DNA of 64,000 nt from an uncultured delta proteobacterium (GCA_963832165.1 CAWHTE010000001.1:544001-608000); one strand, 5' to 3'. Counted from the first letter of the stretch, positions 42,450-52,376 are shown. Program-made: numbers and translations. Notes: generated from the sequence alone by a model not told the origin.

Positions 42450-43733
42450 TCACTCGTCCGTGAGGTCCTCGGAGTCGTCGCACATCGCGCGGTTGCCGCC
42501 CGCGCTCTTGGCGGCGAACAGCGCGCGGTCGGCGCGCTTGATCAGCTCTTCGCGGGTGCACGGCCCGCCCTCGGCGGTTGCGACGCCGACGCTCGCGGAG
42601 ATGCGCAGCTCGATCTCGCCGGACTCGATCGGATGAGACGAGAGCGACTCGCACATGCGCTGCGCGATCTCCATCGCTTCGCGCCGGCTGGTCTCGGGCA
42701 GCACGACCAGGAACTCGTCGCCGCCGTAGCGACCGAACACGTCGTTCCGGCGCAGGACCCTCTGCACCCGCTCACACACGGTGCGCAGCACGCGATCGCC
42801 GACGATGTGGCCGTGCTGATCGTTGATCGGCTTGAAGTCGTCCATGTCGACCATGGCGAGCGAGAGCTCGGTGTCGCCCGCAGCGCGTTCGGAGAGGCTG
42901 TTGTCGAGCACTTCCAGCACGCGGCGCCGGCTCGACACGCCCGTGAGACCGTCCCGATCGGCGTGGCGGCGCTGCTCTTCGCGCGCTGCGATCAGGCGCT
43001 CCTGCAGCTCGACGATGCGCTGTCCCGCACGCAGGCGCGCGCGCAGCTCCTCGGGCGCAACCGGTTTGGCCAGGAAGTCGTCGGCACCGGCTTCGAGACC
43101 GACGAGCATCGACTCCGGGTCGTCCTTTGCGGTGACCAGGATGATGTAGGTGTAGGTGTCCGACTTGCGTGCGCGCAGCGCGCGGCACACTTCGACGCCG
43201 TCCATGCCCGGCATCATCCAGTCGATGATCGCGAGGTGCGGGGGCCCGGACGGGGAGAGCATTTCGAGCGCCACGTCGCCGCGCGAGACCGACGTCACGC
43301 GGTGTCCCCACTTCGTGAGCAGGTGCTCGAGGCGCATGCGCGTGACGTCGTCGTCCTCGGCGACGAGCACGTGACGGAGCTCGTGGCGCGTGCAGTGGGC
43401 CGACAGCGCGCTGCTGAGGTCGCCTAGCGCCGCTTCGACGCGCTCGATCAGGATGCGCAGCGCCGGGATGTCGCCCGACGTGGCTCGCTCCATCAGCGCG
43501 CGCGCGGCGCGCTCGGTGTCGTCTGCGGCGAAGGCCTGGCTGGCGCCCGCGAGACCGTGGGCGAGCCGCTCGATGTCGGCGGCGTCGCGGCGCTCGAGCG
43601 CCTCGTGGAGCTGGTCGAGCCGGGAGGCGTTCTGCTCGAGGAACTTCTGGGCCGTGGCGACCAGGAGATCGCCGTCTCCTTCCACCAGGTCGAGGGCTCG
43701 CTTGAGGTCGAATGCCGGAGTTTCGCGTTCCAT
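42450..43733 (-). CDS. Hpt-REC-GGDEF diguanylate cyclase
   Basis: AHGLAGAS Hpt-like segment, REC (AEDD, IDWMMP, KP), RRND I-site, RYGGDEF. Confidence 0.88.
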   Translation of the reverse strand: MERETPAFDLKRALDLVEGDGDLLVATAQKFLEQNASRLDQLHEALERRDAADIERLAHGLAGASQAFAADDTERAARALMERATSGDIPALRILIERVEAALGDLSSALSAHCTRHELRHVLVAEDDDVTRMRLEHLLTKWGHRVTSVSRGDVALEMLSPSGPPHLAIIDWMMPGMDGVEVCRALRARKSDTYTYIILVTAKDDPESMLVGLEAGADDFLAKPVAPEELRARLRAGQRIVELQERLIAAREEQRRHADRDGLTGVSSRRRVLEVLDNSLSERAAGDTELSLAMVDMDDFKPINDQHGHIVGDRVLRTVCERVQRVLRRNDVFGRYGGDEFLVVLPETSRREAMEIAQRMCESLSSHPIESGEIELRISASVGVATAEGGPCTREELIKRADRALFAAKSAGGNRAMCDDSEDLTDE

Positions 43734-43980
43734 GGATCCCCGGGCCTAGGGCCCCGGGGTGCGTATCGCGCGAATGCTCGCAGGACTTGACCCAGAGTGG
43801 CGTGAATAGGGCATTTTTCCCCATTGCCGCGCCCGGATCTGCGCATCGCTTGCCGGATGCGCGCACTACGGACTCCGCCCACGCTGTAGGGGTTTTGCGG
43901 ACAGAGTGCAAGATTCCTGCGCAGGGTTGAGCACTTGCGCGCTATCCTGGCAGCCGATCGGGGCACCTTGCAGGAATTCG

Positions 43981-44685
43981 ATGCCTGAGGCGGTATTGCG
44001 CAGTACGGAAGCCCCTGCCCCTGCCCCGCGGCTGGCCCCGCGCACGCGAGTGGTGATCATCGACGACCACCCGATCGTCCGGCGCGGCCTGGCCGAGCTG
44101 GTGTCCGCAATGCCCGATCTCGAGACGGTCGGTGAGGCGGAAAGCTACACGCGGGCGCTCGAGCTGCTCGAGCGCACGCCCACGGACGTGGCGATCGTGG
44201 ATCTCTCGCTCGACGACTCGAGCGGCCTCGATCTGTTGTCCGAGATTCGATCGCGCTTCCCCGCCGTGAAGGCGATCGTGTTCTCGATCCACGATGCGGA
44301 GCTCTACGCGCCGCGCGCGCTGCGCGCGGGTGCGGCCGGCTTCGTGAGCAAGACCCAGCCCTGCGAGGACCTGCTCATGGCGATCCGCGCGCTGACGCTG
44401 GGCGAGATCTACGTCGCGCCGGACGTGGCCCAGCGGATCCTGCGCCGCATGTCGAGCGGGAGCCGTGCGCGCGCAGATGGCGGCGTGGAGCTGCTCTCGG
44501 ATCGCGAGCTCCAGGTGTTCGAGCTCGTGGGTCGCGGACAGACGACCGGTGAGATCGCGAAGGCGCTCCACCTCTCGCCCAAGACCGTCGAGACGCATCG
44601 CCAGCGCATCAAGGCCAAGCTCGGGATCGACAGCGGCACGAAGCTACTGATCCGCGCGGCTCAGTGGGTGGCGCAGGACACCTGA
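43981..44685 (+). CDS. NarL/LuxR family response regulator
   Basis: IDDHPIVR, VDL, LSDRELQV, LSPKTVETHR. Confidence 0.93.
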   Translation: MPEAVLRSTEAPAPAPRLAPRTRVVIIDDHPIVRRGLAELVSAMPDLETVGEAESYTRALELLERTPTDVAIVDLSLDDSSGLDLLSEIRSRFPAVKAIVFSIHDAELYAPRALRAGAAGFVSKTQPCEDLLMAIRALTLGEIYVAPDVAQRILRRMSSGSRARADGGVELLSDRELQVFELVGRGQTTGEIAKALHLSPKTVETHRQRIKAKLGIDSGTKLLIRAAQWVAQDT

Positions 44686-44708
44686 TCGCTGCGGCGATCG
44701 GCGGAGCG

Positions 44709-46076
44709 ATGGCGGCGCGCAAGAAGGCGAGGTCGAAGAAGACGCGGCGGGGCACCGCGCGCGCGATACCCCGGCGCCGCCGCGCCGACTCGGCGGAAGA
44801 TGCGAGCGCCGAGATCGCGGCACTGCGCCGTGCGGTCGGCGACCTCGAAGAGGCCAATCGCGATCTCGAGGCGCGGATCGAGGAGCGCACACGGCTCGAC
44901 CGCCTGGTCCGCGACGCTTCGGGGCTCGCGAATCGCACCGAAGGCGTCGCCGACATGCTGCGCGGAACGCTGCGCGCGTTGTGCGAGCGCGGCGGCTGGT
45001 CGCTCGCGCACGTCTTCTACTACGAACCGAACGCCGCGGGCCTCCTGCCGAGCCAGGTGTGGGCGCCGGAAGCAGACGCGACGTTCGAGGCGTTTTGCGC
45101 CGCGACTGCGGCCCTGCGCACGGCGTCGGAAGAGAGCGTGGTCGCGCGCGTATTCGCGAGCGGGCAGGGGCGCGAGGTGTGCGATCTTGGCCGCGGGCTG
45201 GATCCCTCGCGCCCGGGGCTATCCGACACCGGATTGCGTCGCATGCTCGTGCTTCCGATCCAGGCCGGCGGCTCCGCGTTCGGTGTGCTCGAGCTCTTCA
45301 GCGTGCACGACGAGCCGTCGCCCGAGCCGATGATCACCGCGATGGCCCTCGTCGCGACCGAGATCGGGCACGTGATGCTGCGCGAGCAGACCGAGGCGCT
45401 GGCGGCGCAGATGGAGTCGCAGGAGCAGCTGCGCGTCGCGCGCGACCTGCACGACGGGCTCGGTCAGCGCGTGAGCGCCATTGCGATGCTCGCGCACCGG
45501 CTCCGGGGCAGCCTCGAGGAGCGCGGTTCGGAGGAGGCGGAGGCCGCAGCGCGCTTGTCGGCCACGATCGAGGAGGCCAAGATCGAGCTGCGCGCGCTCG
45601 TGCGCGGACTCATGCCGGTCTATCCGGACAGCGAGGGGCTCGTCGACGCGCTGTACCGGCTCGTCGAGGAGAGCGGCCGCGCTTCTGGCGTCCCCTGCTC
45701 GATCGAGTCGAACCTCACGGTGCAGATCGAGGACGCGTTCGTCACGCGTCATCTCTACTTCATCGCGCAGGAGGCGCTGCGCAACGCGCTGCGCCACGCA
45801 AAGCCGAGCCGCGTCGTGGTCCGCCTCGCCGAATCCGATGGGCGCATCGAGCTCTCGGTCCGCGACGATGGCATCGGCATCTCGCCCGCGGACGGCCCCG
45901 AAGAGGGGTGCGGGCTGCGCATCATGCGCCACCGCGCGGCACTGCTCGCCGCGCGGCTCGTGGTGGACTCGATTCCGGGCAACGGCACGACGGTGAAGTG
46001 TCTTCTGCGCATTGGGAGCGGATTCACCCGCGCGGTCCAGAGCGCACCCAAGACGCCTCGCGGCGAGGCGAGCTAG
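44709..46076 (+). CDS. GAF-domain sensor histidine kinase (HisKA_3/NarX type)
   Basis: ARDLHDGLGQ, QEALRNALRHA, DDGIG, GLRIM, GTTV. Confidence 0.92.
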   Translation: MAARKKARSKKTRRGTARAIPRRRRADSAEDASAEIAALRRAVGDLEEANRDLEARIEERTRLDRLVRDASGLANRTEGVADMLRGTLRALCERGGWSLAHVFYYEPNAAGLLPSQVWAPEADATFEAFCAATAALRTASEESVVARVFASGQGREVCDLGRGLDPSRPGLSDTGLRRMLVLPIQAGGSAFGVLELFSVHDEPSPEPMITAMALVATEIGHVMLREQTEALAAQMESQEQLRVARDLHDGLGQRVSAIAMLAHRLRGSLEERGSEEAEAAARLSATIEEAKIELRALVRGLMPVYPDSEGLVDALYRLVEESGRASGVPCSIESNLTVQIEDAFVTRHLYFIAQEALRNALRHAKPSRVVVRLAESDGRIELSVRDDGIGISPADGPEEGCGLRIMRHRAALLAARLVVDSIPGNGTTVKCLLRIGSGFTRAVQSAPKTPRGEAS

Positions 46077-46083
46077 CCCGCCG

Positions 46084-47259
46084 GTGCCGCTCTGGAACAA
46101 CTGGTCGGGACGGGTCCGCGCGCAGCCGACCGAGATCGCGCGCGTGCGCGACGAAGCGGACGTGATCGCCGCGGTGCGCCGCGCGGCGCGAGCCGGAGTG
46201 CCGCTGCGCTGTCTCGGCGCGGGTCACAGCCATGCGCCGCTCGTGGCCACGGCGGGCGTGCTCGTCGATACGCAGGATCTCGAGGGCGTGGTACACGTCG
46301 ACACCGCGCGCGGCGAGGCGACGCTGCGCGGCGGCACGCGCATCAGCGCGCTCGGCGCGCCGCTGCGCGCAGCGGGCGTGGCACTGCACAACCAGGGCGA
46401 CATCGATCGCCAGTCGATCGCGGGCGCCGCGGCGACCGGTACGCACGGCACCGGCCGCGACCTCGCGAATCTCTCCGCCTCCGTGGTCTCTGCGCGCATC
46501 GCACTCGCGGACGGCGAGGTCGCGACCTGCGACGCAAAGACCGAGCCCGACCTGTTCCAGCTGGCGCGCCTCTCGCTCGGCGCGGTCGGTGTCGTCACGG
46601 AGCTCACCGTCTCGGTGCGCGCCGCGTACCGGCTCGCCGAGCGGATGTGGCTCGAGCCGCTCGACGAGGTGCTCGCGCGGATCGACGCGCTCGCGCGCGA
46701 AACGCGCCACTTCGAGTTCTTCTGGATGCCCCGCAGCGAGCGCGCCGCGTGCAAGGCGCTCGCGGAGACCGATGCCGAGCCCGTATATCCGCTCGCGGGG
46801 GAGGGGGCGCGCTGCGCGTGGAGCTACGAGGTGCTCGCGAACGAGCGCAACGACAAGCACACCGAGATGGAGTACTCGGTGCCGATCGCGGAGGGCCCCG
46901 CGTGTTTCGCGGAGCTGCGCGCGCTCGTCCACCGCGATTTTCCCGATCTGCACTGGCCGCTCGAGTACCGCACGCTCGCGTCCGACGACGTCTGGCTGTC
47001 GACGGCGAGCGGGCGCGCGACCGCCACGATCTCGGTCCACCAGGGCGTCGACCTGCCCGACGAGCCGCTGTTCCGCGCCTGCGAGGAGATCTTCGCTGCG
47101 CACGGTGGGCGGCCGCACTGGGGCAAGGTCCACTACCGCAGCGGCGCCGAGCTGGAGGCGCTCTACCCGCGCTGGGCGGACTGGTGGCGCGCGAGAGATC
47201 GCTACGACCCCGACGGACGCTTCCTCAATCCACATCTCGCCGCGCTGCGGCCGTCGTGA
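46084..47259 (+). CDS. FAD-linked oxidase (D-arabinono-1,4-lactone oxidase family)
   Basis: WNNWSG, GAGHS, TGTHGTG, EMEY, GRPHWGK. Confidence 0.9.
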   Translation: MPLWNNWSGRVRAQPTEIARVRDEADVIAAVRRAARAGVPLRCLGAGHSHAPLVATAGVLVDTQDLEGVVHVDTARGEATLRGGTRISALGAPLRAAGVALHNQGDIDRQSIAGAAATGTHGTGRDLANLSASVVSARIALADGEVATCDAKTEPDLFQLARLSLGAVGVVTELTVSVRAAYRLAERMWLEPLDEVLARIDALARETRHFEFFWMPRSERAACKALAETDAEPVYPLAGEGARCAWSYEVLANERNDKHTEMEYSVPIAEGPACFAELRALVHRDFPDLHWPLEYRTLASDDVWLSTASGRATATISVHQGVDLPDEPLFRACEEIFAAHGGRPHWGKVHYRSGAELEALYPRWADWWRARDRYDPDGRFLNPHLAALRPS

Positions 47260-47322
47260 CCCTTGCGTGTATCCTTCCGCTCCGACCGCAAGCTTCGCGC
47301 AGCGTATCAGGGAGGACCCCCC

Positions 47323-48186
47323 ATGAAGTTCGGCGTCGCGTTCGCAAACATCGGTCCGTTCGTGCAGCCCGACGAGGCAGCGTTCCTCGCGCGCACCTGT
47401 GAAGAGGTGGGCATCGAGTCGCTCTGGACCGTCGAGCACGTTGCGGTGCCCACCGGCTATCAAGCGCAGTATCCCTACAGCGCCGACGGGCGCATGCCCG
47501 GTCCCGAGAACTCACCGATCCCCGATCCGCTGCTCTGGCTCGCCTATGTCGCGGCCGCCACGTCGAAGATCCGACTCGCCACGGGCATCCTGATCCTGCC
47601 GCAGCGACATCCGCTCTACGTCGCCAAGGAGGTCGCGACGCTCGACGTGCTCTCGAAGGGCCGCGCGTTGCTCGGCATCGGCATCGGCTGGATGGAGGAC
47701 GAGTTCCGCGCGCTGGGCATTCCGTTCGACGAGCGCGTCGCGCGCACCGAGGAGGCGTGCGCGGCGCTGCGCACGCTCTGGAAGCCCGGCGCCAACGCGT
47801 TCAAGGGCGACTACTACGCCTGGGAGGCGCTCGAGTCGAACCCGAAGCCCGTGCAGCCCGGCGGCGTGCCGATCATCGTGGGCGGGCATGTGCTCGGCGC
47901 GGCGCGACGCGCCGCGCGCGTGGGCGACGGCTTCTTCCCGATGAAGACGCAGGGCGCGCGCCTGCCCGAGCTGCTCGCGGCGCTCTCCGACGAGTGCGCG
48001 CGCGTGGGGCGTGATCCGAAGCAGATCGAGATCACCACCTCGTCGCCGGGCCCCGATCTCGACGCGATCCGCCGCCTCGCAGATCAGGGCGTGTCGCGTC
48101 TGGTGATGGGTCCGCCCGGATTCACGCGCGACGCGGTGCGCTCGGGCCTCGAGAAATTCGCCGACGCCGTGCTCGCCAAGCTCTAG
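47323..48186 (+). CDS. LLM class (putative F420-dependent) oxidoreductase
   Basis: LWTVEHV, PDPLLWL, AKEVATLDVLSKGR, PKPVQ; GGAGG RBS. Confidence 0.9.
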   Translation: MKFGVAFANIGPFVQPDEAAFLARTCEEVGIESLWTVEHVAVPTGYQAQYPYSADGRMPGPENSPIPDPLLWLAYVAAATSKIRLATGILILPQRHPLYVAKEVATLDVLSKGRALLGIGIGWMEDEFRALGIPFDERVARTEEACAALRTLWKPGANAFKGDYYAWEALESNPKPVQPGGVPIIVGGHVLGAARRAARVGDGFFPMKTQGARLPELLAALSDECARVGRDPKQIEITTSSPGPDLDAIRRLADQGVSRLVMGPPGFTRDAVRSGLEKFADAVLAKL

Positions 48187-48198
48187 ACTCTGCGCCCG

Positions 48199-50010
48199 AT
48201 GAGCGATTCCCCCTACGCCGTGGTCGACGAGTCTGGCGCATCGCGCTGGGACGACTCCGCCGACATCGTGATCGCCGGGCTCGGCGTCGCGGGCGCGTGC
48301 GCCGCGATCGAGGCGCGCGAGGCAGGCGCGGACGTGCTCGTGCTCGAACGCGCGAGCGGCGGCGGCGGTACGACCGCCAATGCGGCGGGGCACGTCTATC
48401 TCGGCGGCGGGACGCGCGTGCAGAAGGCGGTCGGCGTCGAGGACGACGCCGAGGACATGTACACCTATCTCACGATGAACACGCCCGTGCCCGAGGCGGA
48501 CAAGATCCGCCTCTACTGCGACGAGAGCGTGGCGCACTTCGACTGGCTGGTCGCGCAGGGCGTGCCGTTCAACGACACGATGTTCCACGGCAAGCACTTC
48601 ATGCAGATGACCGACGAGTGCCTGATCTGGTCGGGGAACGAGGAGGCGTGGCCGTTCCGCGACAAGGCGAAGCCCGCGCCGCGCGGGCACAAGGTGGCCA
48701 AGGAAGCCGAGGGCGGCGGTGCGCTCATGGTGGAGCGGCTCGTCGAGCGCATGCGCGCACTCGGCGTGCGCATCGAGGTGAACACGGCCGTGCAGCAGCT
48801 CGTGCGCGACGGCGGGCGCATCGCCGGTGTGCGCGCGAAGACCTTCGACGCGCAGAAGACGATCCAGGCGCGCCGCGGCGTGATCCTCGCGACGGGCCAC
48901 TTCACGGGCAACGCGGCGATGCTCGCGAAGTACACGCCGCGGCTGCTCGAGGAGGGGATCACGCGCCAGTACACGCCCTACGACGACGGCGCAGGTCATC
49001 AGCTCGGAGCCGCCGCGGGCGGTGTGCTGCTCCACATGGATGGTGCGCTGATCACGTCGCCGTTCTACCCGCCCGAGCAGCTGATCAAGGGGATCCTCGT
49101 GAACCGGCTCGGCCAGCGCTTCGTGGCCGAAGACTGCTACCACTCGCGCTCGAGCATCTACGCAACTCAACAGCCCGGCGGCGAGGCCTACCTGATCGTC
49201 GACGAGAAGATCTTCGCGCGGCCGCTGTTCGGACACGAAGTGGTCGACGCGTGGGAGACGATCGCCGAGATGGAGCGCGGCCTCTCCATGCCTGAGGGCT
49301 CGCTGCAGAAGACGCTGCGCGACTACAACGAGCACGCTGCGCGCGGCGAGGACCCGGAGTTCCACAAGAAGTCGAAGTGGGTGACGCCGATCGAGCAGCC
49401 GCCGTTCGCGGCGATCCAGTTCTCGCGCGGGAAGTGCGCGTACATGGGATTCACGCTCGGCGGCCTGCGCGTGTCGATCGACGGCGAGGTGCTGCGCGCG
49501 GACGGAGACGCGATTCCGGGGCTCTACGCCGCGGGCGCGTGTGCGGCGAACATCGCGCAGGACGGCGCGGGCTATTCGAGCGGCACCTGCATCGGCGAGT
49601 CGAGCTTCTTCGGCAGACGCGCCGGGCGGCATGCTGCCGAGGAGGAGATGACGATGGGGTATGAAACGAGCGGTCGTCTGCACGTCGTCGCTGACACCAA
49701 GCAGGTGACCGAGCGGTTTCGGAAGCGCGAGTTCGTCGTCGAGATCGCCGACAAGCGTTTCCCACAGTTCGTGCAGTTCGAGCTCACGGGCGATCGCTGC
49801 GAGCAGCTCGACGACTACAAAGTAGGCGACGAGGTGCGCGTGGAATTCAGCCTGCGCGGCCGCGAGTGGAAGAGCCCGAAGGGCGAGACGAAGTACTTCA
49901 ATAGTCTCGACGTCTGGACGCTCGCGCGCGTCGCCGGTGGCGCGCGCGAGAGCGACCCGTTCCCGCAAGACGATCCCCCGCCGCCTTCGGACGACGACGT
50001 TCCGTTCTAG
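48199..50010 (+). CDS. FAD-binding dehydrogenase (3-ketosteroid dehydrogenase/flavocytochrome-like) fused in frame to DUF3127
   Basis: GLGVAG, GGGGTT, LATG, TLGGL, GLYAAG, GRRAG; no stop before DUF3127 part. Confidence 0.85.
   Translation: MSDSPYAVVDESGASRWDDSADIVIAGLGVAGACAAIEAREAGADVLVLERASGGGGTTANAAGHVYLGGGTRVQKAVGVEDDAEDMYTYLTMNTPVPEADKIRLYCDESVAHFDWLVAQGVPFNDTMFHGKHFMQMTDECLIWSGNEEAWPFRDKAKPAPRGHKVAKEAEGGGALMVERLVERMRALGVRIEVNTAVQQLVRDGGRIAGVRAKTFDAQKTIQARRGVILATGHFTGNAAMLAKYTPRLLEEGITRQYTPYDDGAGHQLGAAAGGVLLHMDGALITSPFYPPEQLIKGILVNRLGQRFVAEDCYHSRSSIYATQQPGGEAYLIVDEKIFARPLFGHEVVDAWETIAEMERGLSMPEGSLQKTLRDYNEHAARGEDPEFHKKSKWVTPIEQPPFAAIQFSRGKCAYMGFTLGGLRVSIDGEVLRADGDAIPGLYAAGACAANIAQDGAGYSSGTCIGESSFFGRRAGRHAAEEEMTMGYETSGRLHVVADTKQVTERFRKREFVVEIADKRFPQFVQFELTGDRCEQLDDYKVGDEVRVEFSLRGREWKSPKGETKYFNSLDVWTLARVAGGARESDPFPQDDPPPPSDDDVPF
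49654..50010 (+). CDS. DUF3127 OB-fold (SSB-like) protein, probable independent internal start
   Basis: FRKREFVV, LRGREW, YFNSL, acidic tail DDDVPF; GAGGAGGAG 6 nt before ATG 49654. Confidence 0.8.
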   Translation: MGYETSGRLHVVADTKQVTERFRKREFVVEIADKRFPQFVQFELTGDRCEQLDDYKVGDEVRVEFSLRGREWKSPKGETKYFNSLDVWTLARVAGGARESDPFPQDDPPPPSDDDVPF

Positions 50011-50230
50011 GCTCTCTCGATCCGCGAAGCTGTTTAGCCTGGAGCGGGATTCATTTGTGCGCGTCCAGTCTCGATAACCGATCCGCGAGTTCACTGACGA
50101 TCGGATCCTTCGCAGTGCTCGAGGAACCCTTCCGATTCTCGACGAGCTTGATCACGAGTTCCTCAAGGGAAACGAGAACGATCGAGAGATAAGTGTTTGA
50201 AGGCAGCCCTAGTCCCTCGGGATCGTTGGA

Positions 50231-50395
50231 CTAGACCTCAAACGCTACGCCGGTCAGTTCCTCCGATCGCTTCCACAGCCGCTTCACGACTGCGCGGTCG
50301 TTCGTGAGTGGAGTCGATTGCTGCGACGCCGGAAAGTCGCGCACGTCGAACCAGCGCTTCCCATTAACGAAGCCGCCGAGAGTGACGTCGGCGCG
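50231..50395 (-). pseudogene. C-terminal remnant of a retinol-dehydrogenase-like SDR
   Basis: Translates to ...DRAVVKRLWKRSEELTGVAFEV*; no start, begins right after the neighbour's stop. Confidence 0.55.
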
Positions 50396-51424
50396 CTAGG
50401 CGAAGTAGCTTTGCGACGTCGCGGCGGCCGTGAAGTTCTCGCGCAGGTGCGCGAGCGACTGGCTGTCGGCGTTCACGGCGTCGAGGCCGTGAGCCAGCAC
50501 GTAGGCGTAGCTGCGTTGGAACGGAGAGAGCGACGCGCTGCGGAACGCCGCGTCGTAGTGGGCGTCGAACGCGGCGAGGCGATCCGGGCCGAGCCCGTAC
50601 CAGCGCCCGGCGAGATGGCGGCCGGCCTTCATGCCGACGAGCCCGATCCCCGCGGCGCGCGCGCGGTCGAAGCTCGCCCGCAGTGCCGTCATCGGTGGCG
50701 AGCCGCTCATCACGTCCTTCGTTTTCCAGTCGTACCAGCCCGCAGGCGTCACGGCGATCTGCGCGAGCGAGTACCAGCCGGTCTCGGACGCAGCGTCGAG
50801 CACCGCCTGTGCGTTCTCGTGCGTGGACACGCCCCAGTGCGCGACCTTTCCCGCCTTGCGCGCCGCGAGGAACGCTGCGTGCATCTCTTCGCTGCGTACG
50901 AGCGATACGTTGTTCGAGGCCATCACGTAGTAGGCGTCGACCCGCTCCGCGCCGAGATCCGCGAGGCTCTGGTCGAGCGCGCTCGACCAGTTCGCGGCAG
51001 CGCTGCGGTGCTGCGCCGCGCTGAGCTCGCTTCCCGGCAGGGTCTCGAGCCCGACCAGCCCCTTCGAGATCAGGAAGATCCGATCGCGATGCTTGCGCGC
51101 GAAGCCGGCGAGGTTCTCCTCGGCGCTCCGGTAGTAGTCGCGCGTACCGACGTCGAACACGTTCACGCCGCGCGCGAGCGCCGTCTCGAGCAGCTCGTCG
51201 CGGCGGCGGAACATCAGCGCCGCGCCGCACCCGAACACGAGCCGGCTGCCCGAGAAGCCCGTGCGGCCGAGCGTGCGGTAGGTCATCGCGGGCCAGCCGC
51301 CGGTCTCGGGCGGCGCGGTCTCCGCGGCGACCGCGCGCGCCGCGCGGCCGAGAGCAGTGCCGCCGAGCCCGAGCAGCGCGAGCCCCTTGAGCACGCGCCG
51401 CCGCGTCGCCTCGAGTACCGCCAT
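50396..51424 (-). CDS. Aldo/keto reductase with Tat-like signal peptide
   Basis: TRRRVLK signal; YRTLGRTG, FLISK, GKVAHWGVSTH, GMK. Confidence 0.85.
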   Translation of the reverse strand: MAVLEATRRRVLKGLALLGLGGTALGRAARAVAAETAPPETGGWPAMTYRTLGRTGFSGSRLVFGCGAALMFRRRDELLETALARGVNVFDVGTRDYYRSAEENLAGFARKHRDRIFLISKGLVGLETLPGSELSAAQHRSAAANWSSALDQSLADLGAERVDAYYVMASNNVSLVRSEEMHAAFLAARKAGKVAHWGVSTHENAQAVLDAASETGWYSLAQIAVTPAGWYDWKTKDVMSGSPPMTALRASFDRARAAGIGLVGMKAGRHLAGRWYGLGPDRLAAFDAHYDAAFRSASLSPFQRSYAYVLAHGLDAVNADSQSLAHLRENFTAAATSQSYFA

Positions 51425-51440
51425 GGCGGCATCATAGGGC

Positions 51441-52337
51441 TCATTGCCCCGCAATTCCGATCTCGTCCGATCCACCCACCTCGAACAGCGGCGCCATCGC
51501 CTCGCGCGCGACGTCGGCGCGCATCTCCGCCTCGCCGGGCGCTTTGATCGGGCCGGCCGCTGCGCCGAGGATCTCGGGAAGCAGCGTCGCGTCGCTCGTC
51601 GTGTTGAGGAAGAGTCCGGGGCGCGCGAGGACCCAGTGCACCGCGCGCCGGATCGCGGCGGGATCGCGCAGCGGCTCGTACCACGAGAAGCGTTTTCCGG
51701 GCGCACCCTCGGACCATCGCCGACGCGCGACCGCCTTGATCGTCTGCACCGCGACACCCCGCGCGCGACAGTCCGCGAGCAATGCATCGACGTCGGCGGC
51801 GTACGCGGGCTGCGCGAGCATCGGGAAGTTGTAGGGCAGCAGCACGCTGTCGAATGCGTAGCGCGCGAGGCTCTCGCGGTGCCGGCGCGCGACCGTCGTT
51901 CCGTGGCCTGTCACGCCGATGAACCGCACGTGGCCCGCGTCGCGCGCCTCGCAGAGTGCCGCGAGCGCGCCATCGGCAGCGAATGCGGCTTCCCATTCCC
52001 GCTCCGCGACCAGGTTGTGCAGCTGGATCAGGTCGATGCGATCGACGTTCAATCGCCGTCGCGACGCCTCGATGCTCGCCTTCGCGCCCGCGTAGCCGCG
52101 CTCGGCGGTCTTGCTGGCGAGGAAGAACCCGTCGCGGTGTGTTGCCATCCACGGACCGATCCGGAGCTCGGAGTCGCCGTACGAGGCGGCCGTGTCGATG
52201 TGATTGATGCCGAACTGGAGCAGCAGCTCGAGGATCCGGTCGGCGCGATCCTGGCGCATTCCGCCCAGGGCGGCGGCGCCGAAGATGACGCGTGTGCTGT
52301 CGTGGCCAGTGCGGCCGAAGGGGATCCGGTCGATCAT
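51441..52337 (-). CDS. Aldo/keto reductase
   Basis: FGRTG, IDTAASYGDSE, DLIQLH, IGVTGH. Confidence 0.92.
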   Translation of the reverse strand: MIDRIPFGRTGHDSTRVIFGAAALGGMRQDRADRILELLLQFGINHIDTAASYGDSELRIGPWMATHRDGFFLASKTAERGYAGAKASIEASRRRLNVDRIDLIQLHNLVAEREWEAAFAADGALAALCEARDAGHVRFIGVTGHGTTVARRHRESLARYAFDSVLLPYNFPMLAQPAYAADVDALLADCRARGVAVQTIKAVARRRWSEGAPGKRFSWYEPLRDPAAIRRAVHWVLARPGLFLNTTSDATLLPEILGAAAGPIKAPGEAEMRADVAREAMAPLFEVGGSDEIGIAGQ

Positions 52338-52376
52338 GCGCGCTCCCTACGTAGCAGTGTCATAATCGCATCCGCC

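Noticed and set aside
43734..43980. Sigma54 promoter in the divergent signalling intergenic region
   Set aside because: The TGGCA candidate lacks the GG-N10-GC spacing.
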